NCBI GenBank assembly: GCA_010093815.1
Contig: ML996576.1
From: Pseudovirgaria hyperparasitica
Taxonomy: Eukaryota
Length of the DNA stretch: 64,000 nt
Strand: one strand, 5' to 3'
Each line of letters begins with the position of its first letter. The first letter of the stretch is position 1. Under the pieces are notes generated by a model. That model was not told the DNA's origin. It saw nothing but the letters and a program-made list of their open reading frames with translations, and ran no database searches. The position numbers and the translations under genes are program-made. Shown piece by piece: positions 1-12,958 of this stretch.

Positions 1-1112
1 TAGCATCCTCCTCCACAACATCGATAAATCCTGCATCTCTCTCTTTGCAGATGCGACCCGGCGTGTGGTTCCCCGGGTAGATGGGAAGGTCTTGCCAGTG
101 CTGATATCCTCCATGGTGCGCCCAGCCTCTCGCCGCCTCGAGCTCTCGGACAATGTCCATCATTCTGTCGCTGATCTGACCCTGCATATGTCAGCTTTCT
201 TCTTCACGGCACATAGTAGGTACTTACGCTAGGATTTGGATACCGATATAGCGGTCCGTCGGGAAACGGTGTGAACAATCCGTTCCCAACATCGTTCCCT
301 ATGAAATTATACTTGATGTTAACCGCTGGATACATATCGATCACTTCCAGCTCTGACCGCGCCGGCAAGTTGGGGCGAACTGAACGATTCGCGTGGATTG
401 TTAGTTTATGAAGAGAAGCTCGACAGTCCCAGATCTTCTGGCTCACTGAGCGTTGCACTCTTTCGTCTTCGGCCACGCTGTCCATGTCGGGTCTGCGATA
501 CATGCGATCACAGATATCTGTCGGCTCAATGCGCCAATCTAGATCTTGCAACGCGACCAGGACCCAGTCAGCCTCATCTGTTTTGATCTGTCGAGGGAGC
601 CAGACCTGGCGGAGTAGACGTCCCCCGCGACCCTTTATTGCTTCTCCTGAGCTGTTCTCTATCGGAGGAGGTGGCTGTTGTTGACCGGCTGGCAAAAGTG
701 TCTCAATCTGGTAAAGCTGGTAAGGAACTTGAACAGTATGGTCGATCAGCCAGGTCAACCATTTCTCTGTGGATAAAGTCAGCCTAGACTTCTTTCATTT
801 GAGACTGTATTTTCATATATTACCAGGGTATGTTTCATTGAATGCATCAAGGTCTCTGGATGCTACTGCGGTGTAATTGCGATGGTTAACGGCATTAGGG
901 GATCTCAAGAACTCTTGCGTACGATGTGTCTTAGCGGCGGATCCCGCCTCTAATACAGACAGTCGATCACGATGTGCCATTCTTGTGTTAATGTATAATG
1001 TGCGCGAGGTTGGAATTGAGATTATCACTCCCGCGGAGACACCACTGTTTGACGGGCTGCGCTGGCGGCCGCTATTATGAGGACCTGTTATGACCACTAC
1101 ACCGGGTCTCTC
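1..1112 (-). CDS. Uncharacterised protein, runs off window edge; carries the same domain as the 31-48 kb orphan paralogs (copy A)
   Basis: Exons ~1112-824, 766-227 and 181-<1, joined by GTAATA..CTGAC..CAG (823-767, in frame: TYP-E-KWLTW) and GTAAGT..CTGAC..CAG (226-182). Contains GEAIKGRGGRLLRQVWLPRQIKTDEADWVLVALQDLDWRIEPTDICDRM. The 5' end is unresolved; upstream frames contain several stops. Confidence 0.6.
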
Positions 1113-1589
1113 CTAAGTGAACCTCGATACCTTGATCACTTTCATGGGCTCGTGATCCGATTAGACGACTACTTCCCGTGCCCCAGTCCTGCGGAAGTGA
1201 ATCCAAAGCCTCACTCCAACACGCACTCAGTCTTCTACGATTTAGGAACTATTGTCCAACAAGATCCTTATTTACTTCCACTAATACAATCGCCCGAGTA
1301 AAGACCAATCTAACAGGACTAGCGCTACAGGAGAACAATAGGCCTCGTTCGGCGATGAGCATTGTTGGCAGAAGACCGAGTCAACGCGCCTTCTGCGGTC
1401 GATAGCCTTCCACCCCGGCTTGCTGTAAGTGAGATCGGCCCCATTACCATATCTACATGTTGTGCATACGTTTAACACGCTTGATAAACAAATGGGAACC
1501 TTTGTATTCCTGTCTCAATAACAACAGATTAACCGGCGAGACAGTAGCTACTTGTGTTCTGCGGATCATCTCAGGAGTACATCCTATAC

Positions 1590-2810
1590 GATACCCCTAG
1601 CAATTGGAGCTCAAAAGATCCAAGGCTGGCTTGTATCTGCCGGGTCTGGTAGCCGTCTAGGGACTTGTATCGACGTGTATCGGTTTTTGCAAGACGTACT
1701 CCGGACTTCTGGCAACACGCTTCTTCCTGGGTCTGGCAGAAGCTGGCTTGCTAGGTGTTACGGTAGTCTATCTCGCTATGTTCTACCGTCGTCATCAGCT
1801 AATGCTCCGGATCGGCCTCTTCTACTCAGCAGCTTTTCTAGCTGGGGCATTCGGTGGCCTTCTAGCCACAGGTCTTGCTCAAATCGAAACATCGAAATAT
1901 CGAGGATGGCCTTCCATTTTCTTCATTGAAGGTGCGATAGCTGTCTTGGTAGGAGCTGGCGCTATATGTTTTCTGCTACATACACCCACCTAGGCAAAGT
2001 TCTTGACTGAAGAAGAACGTGACTTGGCTGTTAAGAGAATGAACATCCACGCCGGAGGCGCATCCGCGAAACCAAATGTGGACATCGAGAAATTTAACTG
2101 GGATTCGGTCAAGGTAGCGATTCTGAACTTCGAAACCGCCGTTCTGTCGCTTCTTTACTTCGCTATTATCACTCCTATCTACTCCTTCTCGCTTCTCCTT
2201 CCCACCATCCTACGCACACTAGCCTACAGCAAAGTCATCACGCAATTACTTACAGTCCCACCAAATATGGGAGGATTCCTTGCTGTTCTGATGGTTTGTG
2301 TCCCTGTCCGATCGCATAAAACAGAGAGGTGTCTAGATGCTCGGTGGCGTCGCAGTCGCAATTGTTGGGTACATCATGCTCATAGCAAGCGCGCGCGGTC
2401 TTGTGCAGTACGGAGGAACCTTTTTGGTAGCCGCCGGTATCTTCCCTTGTAGTCCACTTATTCTTGGGTGGCTTTCAAATGATCTCGCGCCGCATTAAGT
2501 GCGAGCTACAGGAGCTGGATCCAGATCACCAGTGCGAACATGGCAGCTTTTATCGCGACGTTGGCGTATCGTAGGGTGGATGTGTAGGTACAGGTATCGT
2601 GGTTAGCCTTAACTAACACCCCCCTGGCCTCGATTCAACTTGGGTGTGCTAGGCCTTACCCTGACTCTGATTGTGATTAATTCGATCTACATAAAAACGG
2701 AGAACAACTGTAATCGAGAGCAGGGTAAACGTTATGACCGCCTGGATGATTTTCGTGGTCGTGAGGAGAGGCTGGGCTTCATGCATCCAGAGTTCTGATA
2801 CACTGTCTAA
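1590..2810 (+). pseudogene. MFS transporter pseudogene (anion:cation symporter, Dal5/Tna1-like)
   Basis: Recognisable motifs PSNW, RFFLGLAEAG, MFYRRHQL..RIGLFYS..FLAGAFGGLLA, GW..IFFIEG, AKFLTEEER, QLLTVPP, SDR..QRG, GWLSND. Interrupted by in-frame TAG at 1658 (Trp position), TAG at 1991, TAG ~2334, TAA ~2496 and frameshifts (~2295, ~2520). The 5' part is missing. Confidence 0.85.
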
Positions 2811-3226
2811 GTCTCGACGATGCGAAACACAGCATGTATTGTAAGTCTACTTTATTACATCTAGCGCTAATATGCATCTAAAGTATGATAGAGTCCAACA
2901 TAAATTTGTTTACCATGAGTAACTCAGGAGACTCTTCCGCCCCGGACCGAACTGTTTACCTGGTACCATGGAACGCACACCAAACAACACGTCGTCCTAT
3001 GCAGAGCCATAACATCAAAAATCGAATTACTCTATACCACGGTACCGATAAAAGACAGTCTACCAGAGTCCATATCCACAATCCAAATATACATAGGATC
3101 TGCAGCCGTGCGAAAATTCCTTTCATCATCATATACACCACATAAACATACTCACGACATACTCACAATATACACAAACACAACCACGAAAACCCACAAC
3201 ACAAACTAAACATCCTCACCACTACA

Positions 3227-3637
3227 ATGCCACCCCTCCCAATAAGTATCCGCGCTATTGGCGATAACCATATCCACTGCATCCACAACTTTCCACAACT
3301 CCTCATCACAAAAGCTCAACTCCCCCTCTCCAAACCTGGAACCATCACCACCACCACGCTCACCTCCTTGAATACCCTCAACCACCTCAATGGCACCACC
3401 TCCATGCTCTCCGAAAACACCACCTGCTCATTCCTCCATACCCAAGAGCATCCGCTCGCCCCCTCGCCTGTCGGCATCCCTGGAGTCACTGTTCTCGGCT
3501 TCTTCAAGGTGGTCTTCATGGTGACGGCGACGTATATTGTTGCCCTCATTGTTATTGCGATCTTTGTGAGTCTGTGCATGTCTGTATATGAGACCTGTGA
3601 GTATATTCGTAATGGCCTGCCTGGTTGTGTAGAATAA
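3227..3637 (+). CDS. Small hypothetical membrane protein
   Basis: 136-aa ATG ORF with a long hydrophobic C-terminal segment (VTVLGFFKVVFMVTATYIVALIVIAIFVSLCM); no recognisable family. Confidence 0.35.
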   Translation: MPPLPISIRAIGDNHIHCIHNFPQLLITKAQLPLSKPGTITTTTLTSLNTLNHLNGTTSMLSENTTCSFLHTQEHPLAPSPVGIPGVTVLGFFKVVFMVTATYIVALIVIAIFVSLCMSVYETCEYIRNGLPGCVE

Positions 3638-3989
3638 ATTTGGACTGACCCGTGGTGTAGGTTTATTGTCGACGGGCGCTGTCGACATGGAGACGGAAGG
3701 ATTGAAGGTCAGCGAAGACAAGGAGAAGGAGGAGTATCCCGGGTTGGGGGTGAGGGCTGTTGAGGTATGAGCGTCGAAGTAAAATTACAAGAGCAACAGG
3801 GGGGCAGAGTCCGTTGCTTGCATCTCTGTAGGAAGAGAGAGCAGGACATCTGTGTCTTGGCATACTATCATCACATGTCTTCTTGTGCAAGCCGAATTAG
3901 ATACAAGGTATGGATATATGTACACGAAGGTGCGAGAAAATATGAATACAATCATACTATGTCCAACAGAAGCGAAGAATGCAGACATG

Positions 3990-6900
3990 CTATACAAGCC
4001 CGAAGCGACGGCCCAGCCGACCCAATAAACCCTGCTTTCTCGTGGCCCAGAAGGCGTTAAACGGTTCGCTCTCACAGAACTGAACCTTCTCTTGGCCCTC
4101 AAATTGGGCTTCCCACTTGCGCATCGCCTCACCACTGCTGGCCGAGATCTGCCGCATTTTCTCGCGGTATTGTGCGCGCTCTTCCAACTCTCTCAAATGG
4201 CGAGCATCGGAGCCCAAATCCTCATTGAGTTCTTCCTTCATAATTGCCTCATGCCGCCGCTTGCGGCACTGTGTGTACTCGTGTCGTGGATTTTTATTCT
4301 CCCAGATGTCAAGTTCAACTTCCCATTGCTCCTCAGAATCCAAGTTCTCGGGTCGAAGGACTCTCTGTCCGTTGACAACGTTCATGACGTTGGCAGTCCA
4401 GCCTACAAGCTCTCGAGTGGAGCGATAGTGTACACTCTCCCATTCTAAGTCGAAATCGGCCCACGTGCGGCTACCTTTATTAGCATTATCATCGATTTGT
4501 TGCTGCTTTCCAACTGCAGGCTCAGACACTATCTCTCTATTCATTAGTTGTGCTGCTATCTCTCGCCCGATTTGCTCCTTGTGGGCGTTAGCGTCGTCTA
4601 TTTCTTCGTCCGTGTATGGTTCCGCAAAAATATTCATAAAACCAGTGGTAGTTGCATCGAAGTGAAAGCGTATTGACTGAAGTAATTAGCGTCTTCTTAC
4701 AACCCATGACATACCCTTACCTGTTTAGGGAACCTTTTGGTCGCTTTATCGAAAATATGTTCTATCAATGCAAATGTGTATTTGAATTCAGCATTGCCAA
4801 GTGCAGGCTTTGAAGTTCCATGAATGATATAATCCATCATTTCCAAGCCTAAATATTGGAATCCGAACATTCGTTTGACATTGTGATATGCCAAAAAAAT
4901 GCCGTCCATGTTGCCCATTCGTGCTTGGGAAAGGTATTTAACCAGCGTTCCCCTGCTCAAGTCCACCATCTCTCTCTCGTAAGACTCCCACGTTCCATTG
5001 GGAAAGCGAATATTGTAATCGGCATAGTCCTGATAGTTGGCAACATCTTGCCGGATTGGATGAACAGCTCTCGTCTTCAAGTCGAAGACTCCAGTGCCTG
5101 GAAGACGCGGGTCGTGTGAATCAAGTTGCGATCTCATCATGAATTTGCCTAGGGTTGAGAACTGGTAACTCTCGCTATCGGTTCTGCTCTGATGTCCGGC
5201 TTCGTTGGCCCTGCACGACCTATACTTTTCAAAGTCTTCGGTAGACCGCGTGAGTAATTTCTCTAGGACATGGCCCAGGCGCGATAGGACATTTTCCATA
5301 TCATACGCCTTGTCAGGATCGACAGCGTATGAACCATTCTTCCAGCGTAGGAAGATGCCTGCGGGTGAAGAATAGAATGGCGTTGGCTGTCTTTTTCCAG
5401 ACGGCACCTTTTCGATGTTAAGCTCTCGTTTCAACGATAAGAAACGGTGAACCTGGCCCATGACAGAAGATATACTAGACGTTGAGCACGTATAACGCAT
5501 CCTGTGTTGTGATGCGAGCTGGGCCATCGTCGTGTCCTTTGAAGATGTAAGGAACGGATTGAGAGCATCAAAATTGAAGTCTTGTATAGGCATGATATTT
5601 TCGAGGTAAGGGTCAAAATTGTAGACTCCAGACCGCCCATCTCGTAAGGGGTAGATGTGATTGCTACGCATGAGTTAGGGCATGGTCGTTCAGGTAGCCT
5701 GTGCACTTACTGGAATAGTACGCGGTCTAGTCCATGAGCCAGGGGAGGAACTTTGCTTATGTCCACTGGCAGCCCTGATTGCAGTCAATACATTGTTGTT
5801 CGTCCGCATCATGGCCATACATACTCTTCAAGTCCAGTGTTTGCGCCTGTAAGACCAGCCGTTCTCGATCCGGGCTTTCCTCTATCGCTGGTTTGTATGG
5901 CACGCAAAAGTTCTGCATAGGCTGCCGTACAGCCTTACCAGTATCTTGTTCGCCTTCCCGTCGTACGCTACGCCGAACCATAGCCTCGAGCCCAATCAAG
6001 GACTCAGGTTTACAATCAGCCAGGGTCTTTTCAGTAGCCACTGATCTTCCCCCGGTAATCTGTTGTTTGGCTATTAACCTCTTTGAGGTCGCAATGTGCC
6101 TTCGAGTCCCAACCTCACGTTTGGGGACCGTACTATTTGCATGTGGTCCAGTATAGATAACTGTCCAGACGTCTGATCCGATCTGATACTGTGTCGGTGA
6201 TTCGTTTGATTGTCTTTCAGGGTCTTCGACTCCGTTAACATTGGACATGTCTGGCTTCACAAGCTGTACCCCTTCGCGGGCCGCAGTTGTACCATTGTCT
6301 TCGGCGATTGGGCGTGGTGCGAGGATCCGTTTCATTTCCTGTTCCGCGGCTTTTCGTCCTGGTGTATTTACAGTAGGACATCTTCTTATCCGCAGCCGTT
6401 TCACGGACTTGGGTTTCGCGGTAAGATCTACGTCTTTATGTTGGCGTTGTTTGCCAGGGCTGGTTCTCCTCTTAGCATCAACGCTGATATCATGAAGATA
6501 GTGAGCCTCTTCGCCCGCTGATTTTGGCAATTTCGAAGATTTACGGCGGCGTGTAGATATATTCGAGTGCGCAACTCCTCGTGATCGACTTTTACTATCG
6601 TTTGCCCCAGACCCCTCGCCCATAGAAGCTTTCGTCGGTATTATAGATCGTTTCAGCTCTCGCTTCACGACCGTACCTGCCTGCTTCTTTTTGCTACACT
6701 CTTGCTTCATGTCCTTTGTTCCTAACCTTGATGTCAGGGTGTGGCGCATCGAGTCTCCTTCGACAGTAGCGCGGGTTGGGTCCATGGGCGGGCTGGGACT
6801 AATGTGATTGACGCGTTCGACAACAGCACTATAAAAACGCCTTTGGCGACCATGATGGCTGTTCGTATACCGTCGAGTACAGGGTAACGATAGGACTGAT

Positions 6901-7001
6901 ATGGGCGAGGCGTCGAAGCAGTGAGTTATTGGTGTTTCGTGCGGGAAAAGCCGCAGGGCGATGCGGCTGGAAACCACAGAGAAGACGCCATCAATCCGCA
7001 T
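3990..7001 (-). CDS. PET127: Mitochondrial RNA 5'-processing factor Pet127
   Basis: Motifs VPPLAHGL.RVLF, YPLRD.RSGVYNFDPYLENIMP, STSSISS, MRSQLDSHDPRLPGTGVFDLKTRAV, ARMGNMDGIFLAYHN..RMFGFQY. Multi-exon, with introns near 5.8, 5.7 and 4.7 kb; basic N-terminal presequence-like region. Confidence 0.92.
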
Positions 7002-7799
7002 GGAGGAGAAGGACTGAAGCCGATCAAAAGGCGAAGATTGTGCAAAGCACCAGCAGCTAAAGTCTCGTAAAAGCAGTGTTCAGACAGAAAAGTTTTGGCG
7101 TATGCCGCTAGTGGGCTGACGGTCTCGGCGCTCCGCCAGTGACTTCCGGTCCGGGGGTCGTCCGTCGTCATCAGCGGAGCGGAAGTGGAGGGAGCATGCA
7201 AGGTCCGCGACTCCGCCACGACATACATGCACCATACCTACACATACACGCGCCTGTTGATAAACCGTACGTCATTTGCCCGAGCCTTCACCTCCGCTAT
7301 TCTGCAGTCTGTTTGACTCTATCTCTATCCTTTCGAGGCTGATCGCAATTTGTCGTAGAGCCGAGGCGATGCCCTGCACCGCTTTCCTCCAGCGTCCGTG
7401 AAGAGTAGTGTTTTACTGTTGTATCTCTACCTTGCCTGGCCAATCTCTTTCACCTAGGTGAATATCTACCCCTAAATGTTGTGATTTGCGAACCTATGGA
7501 CTCTGTGATTGACCTATGGCAGGTATTCCACATTTTTACATGCTTGCTGCTACGACTCGCCGTCCTTGGCCTACCTACCTACGCATCGCCAGTCACGTCA
7601 CGTCACTCTGATAATGCTAGAAAGAGGAGGTTCTGTCCGCCACGAAACGATGACGATTGGGCCTCGGACAACTCATCTCGAAGGAAACCCAGATCTGCTG
7701 TCGAGCAAACACACTCTTTGAAGTCTTTCACGCTCACTCTCTCGCTCGCTCACGCATTTTATATACCCCTCACCATCGATTTGGCAGCAGCTTCGCACC

Positions 7800-10700
7800 A
7801 TGCCAAAATTACACCTGGAATCAGACTCCAGCCTCAAGCGCCGTAGTCTTTTCGCAAGAACTCCTCTTCGCGCACTGACTCCCATTAACACAGACGATCT
7901 GGATGGAAACAGTGGCTCTAGTACAAATCTACTGAAAAAGCGACGTGCTTCTTCGGCTGCATCGCATGCGGTTAATCAGATTCGCGATAAACCTCCTACA
8001 AGTCCACACGCACATAGTCCTGCTTCGCCCTCACGCTCCGAAAAGCCGACCCGAGGCGCACTGTCGAGGCCGGCATCTTTAATGGGCTCATGGAAACTCT
8101 CGCGATCATCGGACAGCTACGATGATATCGGGCTGCTACCTTCCAGTACAAAGTCCTCGTTTGCTGAAACTGAAGATGGGGAAGCCTCCTATTACCCTTC
8201 CGAGGTCCTGTTGCACGGGGAGGTTCAAACGAGTAGCTCCATGTTCCGAAAGAAGCGGGAATATCTAGTGCTTACCGAGACACACCTAGTCCGGTTCAAG
8301 AGCCAACAAAAGGCGACAGAGTCTTTCAGCAGGTACGCCAAGTCTTACCTCTTGAAACTACTGCTTGACTGATTCACTAGCGTCTCTCCATCCGTTCACC
8401 GTATTCAAGCAGCAAGACATTCTTATTCACCATCCACAGGCTCAATGCACGATCTAACATCGGGACTGTCCGAACATTCAGGTGAGCGCGAATTGGGCAC
8501 TCCCTTGAGGCACGTTGTCGGGGTTTACCGCCTTGATGATGGACGACCCTGGTTCGCTTTGGAAATTGCAAGCTTGGATGAAAAAAACAACAATGCATCT
8601 GCCATGACACTGCAATTTGGTGAGCCCAAAGACATGGATTTGTGGCTCAGGTCGATCCGCGAAGCGGCTAACCGAGTAAGAAGGGCTGATGCAGCCCCTA
8701 TATCACTCGCAAATTCAACAATGGTTGCACGAGTGGTCGAGCGAGAACAAGATTATGAGCCGCCCAATTTCTCGATTCATAAAGTGGTACTTCGACCGGG
8801 TACCAAGAACAGTCGGTCCTCTTCATCTGACGATATCCTCAGGGTTGCCACGACAGTATGTTTCCTTGCGATTGGAGTTCACAAGGTCCACCTGATTCCA
8901 CTCAGTAGATCGTCCTCACGTGGCACTACCTCTACCCTCGGTTCACAGACTGTTCAAGAATCGCATGGCGTTCTCACCTTGACCTATATGGAAGTTGACG
9001 AGGTCGACGACAGTTTTGAGATGACCTTTCGTACGCCTCTCCGTAAGCCCAAAGTATTCCAGCTTGCCAGCCTAGCGTCCCACGAGATCGCAATACGTCT
9101 AAGGGCAATGGAAGAACAGCTACGACCTGAATGGGAATCGCGGCCATTCAAGCTCTTCCTGCCGAAAAATGTGAGTGATGACATTCTACGGAATGCGAAT
9201 GCGAATGCGCACGCTGTCGACCTGGATTCTCTCGACCGAACACTGATCGGCTATTGTGTTGCATATGATGTCAATCCCAGCAGTATTAGGTACAAGATAA
9301 CACACCCGGAGGATGATGGACCTTGTTTCCAATTGCTTCCACCTGTTGACCGCCGCACGGGTCAGTATGGAATGACAGAACTACTTGCCATTATGCGGGC
9401 TCTTAGATACAACGAAACGTTTGGTTCGCTATCCTTTGCAGATGTACAACTTGACACACTGAACGGTGTGGCTGACGGCTACGGCTTCGAACATGTCTGT
9501 ACAAAGACCAAGCGAGGAACTCCGATTCAGATGAGCTCGGAGAAACTTAATGAAGCTTCGCTTCTCGTCCAAGAAATCCGGGCGTTAGCTGTTACGAATA
9601 GGAAACTTCGACGCTTAGATTTCACATCGTGCATTCTTCGAAGACCCTCCAATGGCGACGAGACGGGACGCGGGCGTGACCTGGGCTGTGGAATCGTGGA
9701 GGCCTTGTTCCCTCTATGCAAGCATAACACCACAAATGTTGATTGGATCATCCTGAACAACATTCAGCTCGGTGAGACTGATTTAGACTACCTCGTCGAA
9801 GCAGCCGTGCTTCGGACATGTCACTTTCGAGGATTCGGGTTCTCCAACACTGGTCTCTCTGATCGCACGTTATCGTTTGTTCTTGATGCTCTTCGAAACC
9901 AGGAAAACACATTGGAGGCACTGGACCTTTCTCGAAACATTGCTCGCATCACTCCATCTTCATTTGACTCGCACATCGGTGCCTTTGCGTTCATCCGAAA
10001 GCTCAATCTTGCCAACCTAAGCCGAACGTCTGGTCCAGAACCGTTGATGTCCGCAGAAACACTGGACGTATGGAGGCTTTCTGAGCTAACACTCAGTGGT
10101 GTTCCACTTAATACTGCAAGCGTGGATGCACTTTGTATGTACCTCCACAACTTCAAGCAGTCCAAAGGATTACGTGAGCTCTGCCTAGATCATACTTTCT
10201 TGAATGGCAAGGACATTGCCTTGATCATGCAAACTATGACGGAGAATCCAGGCGAGGGCCGTGAGATGCACCTTGATGTGAGCCAAAACAACATAGAGCT
10301 AGGGCTTGTAGAGGTATTTCTGCACCCAAATCTTGATCTTTTTGATCAAAGCTAATATATCTCTAGTTCACGCGTGCAATCGCCAGCGGGTATGCACCGA
10401 AATATTTGACATTGCGACTGCTCGAGTTTGAAGACGAAGGAGCCTTCCGTAAACTTGTTCTAGCCATTGCAGCGAACACGACCATCCTATCACTCGATTT
10501 CTCTCAAGCTTCTCTACCCAGTGATGCTTCGGACGCAACATGCAAAGCTCTGGAAAAGATGTTCTCGGATAACAGGACCTTGCAGTATCTGGACATCTCT
10601 GGGGAAGAATCACGATTAGAGACTACCAAGCTAGGCGTAGGTGTCAATCGAGCCCTGTGGGGATTGACTGAGAACACTTCTCTGCGGACGCTGTGGATTC

Positions 10701-11437
10701 GTTGTAAGCATCTCCGTTATGTTAGCCTCCTTTGCTAATACTCCTCAGTTCAGAAATTAGGTATACAAGGAGCCAGTACGCTCGCAGATGTACTTAAAAG
10801 TAATCAGACATTGACTGAAGTACACTGCGAGCACAACGGAATAAACCTCTCTGGGTTTACCGACCTAGTAAACGCTCTTAACCGCAACACAACACTGCTG
10901 TATCTCCCAGAGATGGACGAAAGTCGACAAATAGCTCTGAAGCAAACAGAAGATCAGGTCAAGCAGATGCGTGATGATGTGCCCGCTCAAGGGCCAAGCA
11001 AAGCAAGCTCTGCGCGCACTAAGTTTGCCAATATGGTTGGAATGCCGACCATTGCCATCGGCAAAGATAGAACCTCTCCTGGCCCATCGTCACTGTCCGA
11101 CCAAGATATAAAAGCCGCACTTGCACTTGTAGATGAGAGCTGGGATCGCCAAGTTTACCGGCTACGTCTGTATCTCCAGCGTAATATCGACATAGCGAAC
11201 GGTGTCCCTACCAACCTTGAGATCGACGAGGAAGACTTCGAACGGCCGGACACAGGCACTGGAAGTATCAGTAAGATGATTGAGCAAGCGAAGATCGATA
11301 GCACTCCAACATTGGAGAAGCAAATCAGCTTCAGCGCTTACCTCGATACTACAATGCCTTCCTCTGGCACGACTACTGACGAGAGAGAGCAAGATGAACT
11401 GGACTTCTACAAGGAAATAGCTTCAAAGCTACCATAG
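7800..11437 (+). CDS. Conserved fungal PH-like plus RNI-like leucine-rich-repeat protein (~1150 aa)
   Basis: Four ORF segments joined by introns (~8333-8380, ~10314-10366, ~10703-10747). N-terminal PH-like segment (GEVQTSSSMFRKKREYLVLTETHLVRFKS) and repeated LxxLDLSxN / LTEVHCEHNGI motifs. Confidence 0.8.
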
Positions 11438-12086
11438 AGCCATGGTACATTTTGGTTTTTATGCATTCGGACGACGACACGAATACACATGGCTTTACGC
11501 AAGAGCTACTCAGACCCTCCATCCAACCTTCACTGTCCCTAACAACATCCGCGTCTTGTACCATATTTCCACCATCAAAGTAAGCGACCTGTACCAAGTC
11601 GATGTACCTTCTTCTGCTTCTGATTCAGTCAATTGGGTACGGTTTGGATTTGAATGGCGTGACCTTGGGATATGTACAAAGGTGCTTCCCATGGCACCAG
11701 AACGTTTCTGTTTTCATACTTAAAACATATACATATGTCTGTTAGACGCATTGATCACAAGGAATCGCTATCACTATATCATAATGTATCAATTTCTCCT
11801 CAATATGCACGCCTGTACATAACTTGATCGAGCATTGAACCTCTAACGCCGAGCTCGTAACTCAACACGGATTCTGGCAGTGGGGCATCCATCATACTAA
11901 AACTAAGCGCCGGAGTTTAGTGCATGGATGAACATCATCGATCGGAACCCAACCTAGAAACCACAACACACAACACATATATGTACAGACTTTCCATCCG
12001 GAAGAAGTGTGGTAAAGTCCTCTTTAACCTGCTACAATCGAAACTCATGTGAGCGCTCATCCCACCACATCACCGTCTCAAAAACC

Positions 12087-12788
12087 ATGGTGCGCGATGA
12101 ACACACGCACCATGTCAAGCTGTCCGACAAGGAAATGACGCGCGCGGGCGCAGAGAGCATGCGAGGCGCATTGGCCGGTGGTACAAAGGTACGTACGTGT
12201 ATGTATATACCTGTCTACCTACCACCCAATCTCCCCCTCGTCCAATCCTCAATCTCACCGGTATGACGGCGCTTCTGGAGGTCTTACTGGTCGCACGCAA
12301 ACGTGTCACGTGCGCACGCGCGCCCGGCGTCGTCGCAGGGAGCTCGAGATATGTAAATGATGAGTCTTGGCTTGTGAGGGAGATGAGACGGGCTGGCTGA
12401 CGTGGTGAATGGTGGAATACAGTGGGCGTTCATAGGCGGGGCGTGCGCAGTCGCGGCATGGAGATTCTCGCCTGTGTATCGGGGCTTGACGATACAGTTC
12501 AAAGTGTATGTCGTCCTTTTCCATCTCTGATACATTTGTTACATCATTTCCCCTTTACATATTAGATCCTTGCTGATGACCTTTAGCTTCCTACAAATGT
12601 CGTTCATGACATTTGGCTCCATCGTGGGGGCGGAAAAGAGGCTGCGGCAACATGAGTTGGATGTGAGGCGAGAGAAGAAGTTTAAGCGGGATGCGGAAGT
12701 GTGGAGAAGATTTGAAGTTGATTTCGAGGAGAGTGGGACATCCGAAGCCAGTGAAAAGAGAAGTTTTAGGCGCAGTGAGGATCAATGA
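12087..12788 (+). CDS. Small mitochondrial membrane protein, Rcf3/HIG1-like respiratory supercomplex factor
   Basis: Exons 12087-12188, 12423-12505 and 12587-12788 splice in frame to ...GALAGGTKWAFIGG..AWRFSPVYRGLTIQFKVFLQMSFMTFGSIVGAEKRLR, the pattern of yeast Rcf3-like proteins. Confidence 0.7.
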
Positions 12789-12958
12789 GGCTAGAATCTG
12801 TCTGTAGACTCGAGAGTAAGGACGAACGCTGAAATACTTCTGACACGTTGGCTAGATCGACAAAATATTTGTTTTGTGGTGATTATATTGTACTATAGTA
12901 TAGAGACGCAAATTTATGAACCGCAAACTTAAGACTACCCATGCGATCCCTCATGCTA

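Noticed and set aside
1658..1660. TAG at a Trp position as an A-to-I editing-correctable stop
   Set aside because: The same gene has other stops (including TAA) and frameshifts that editing could not repair.
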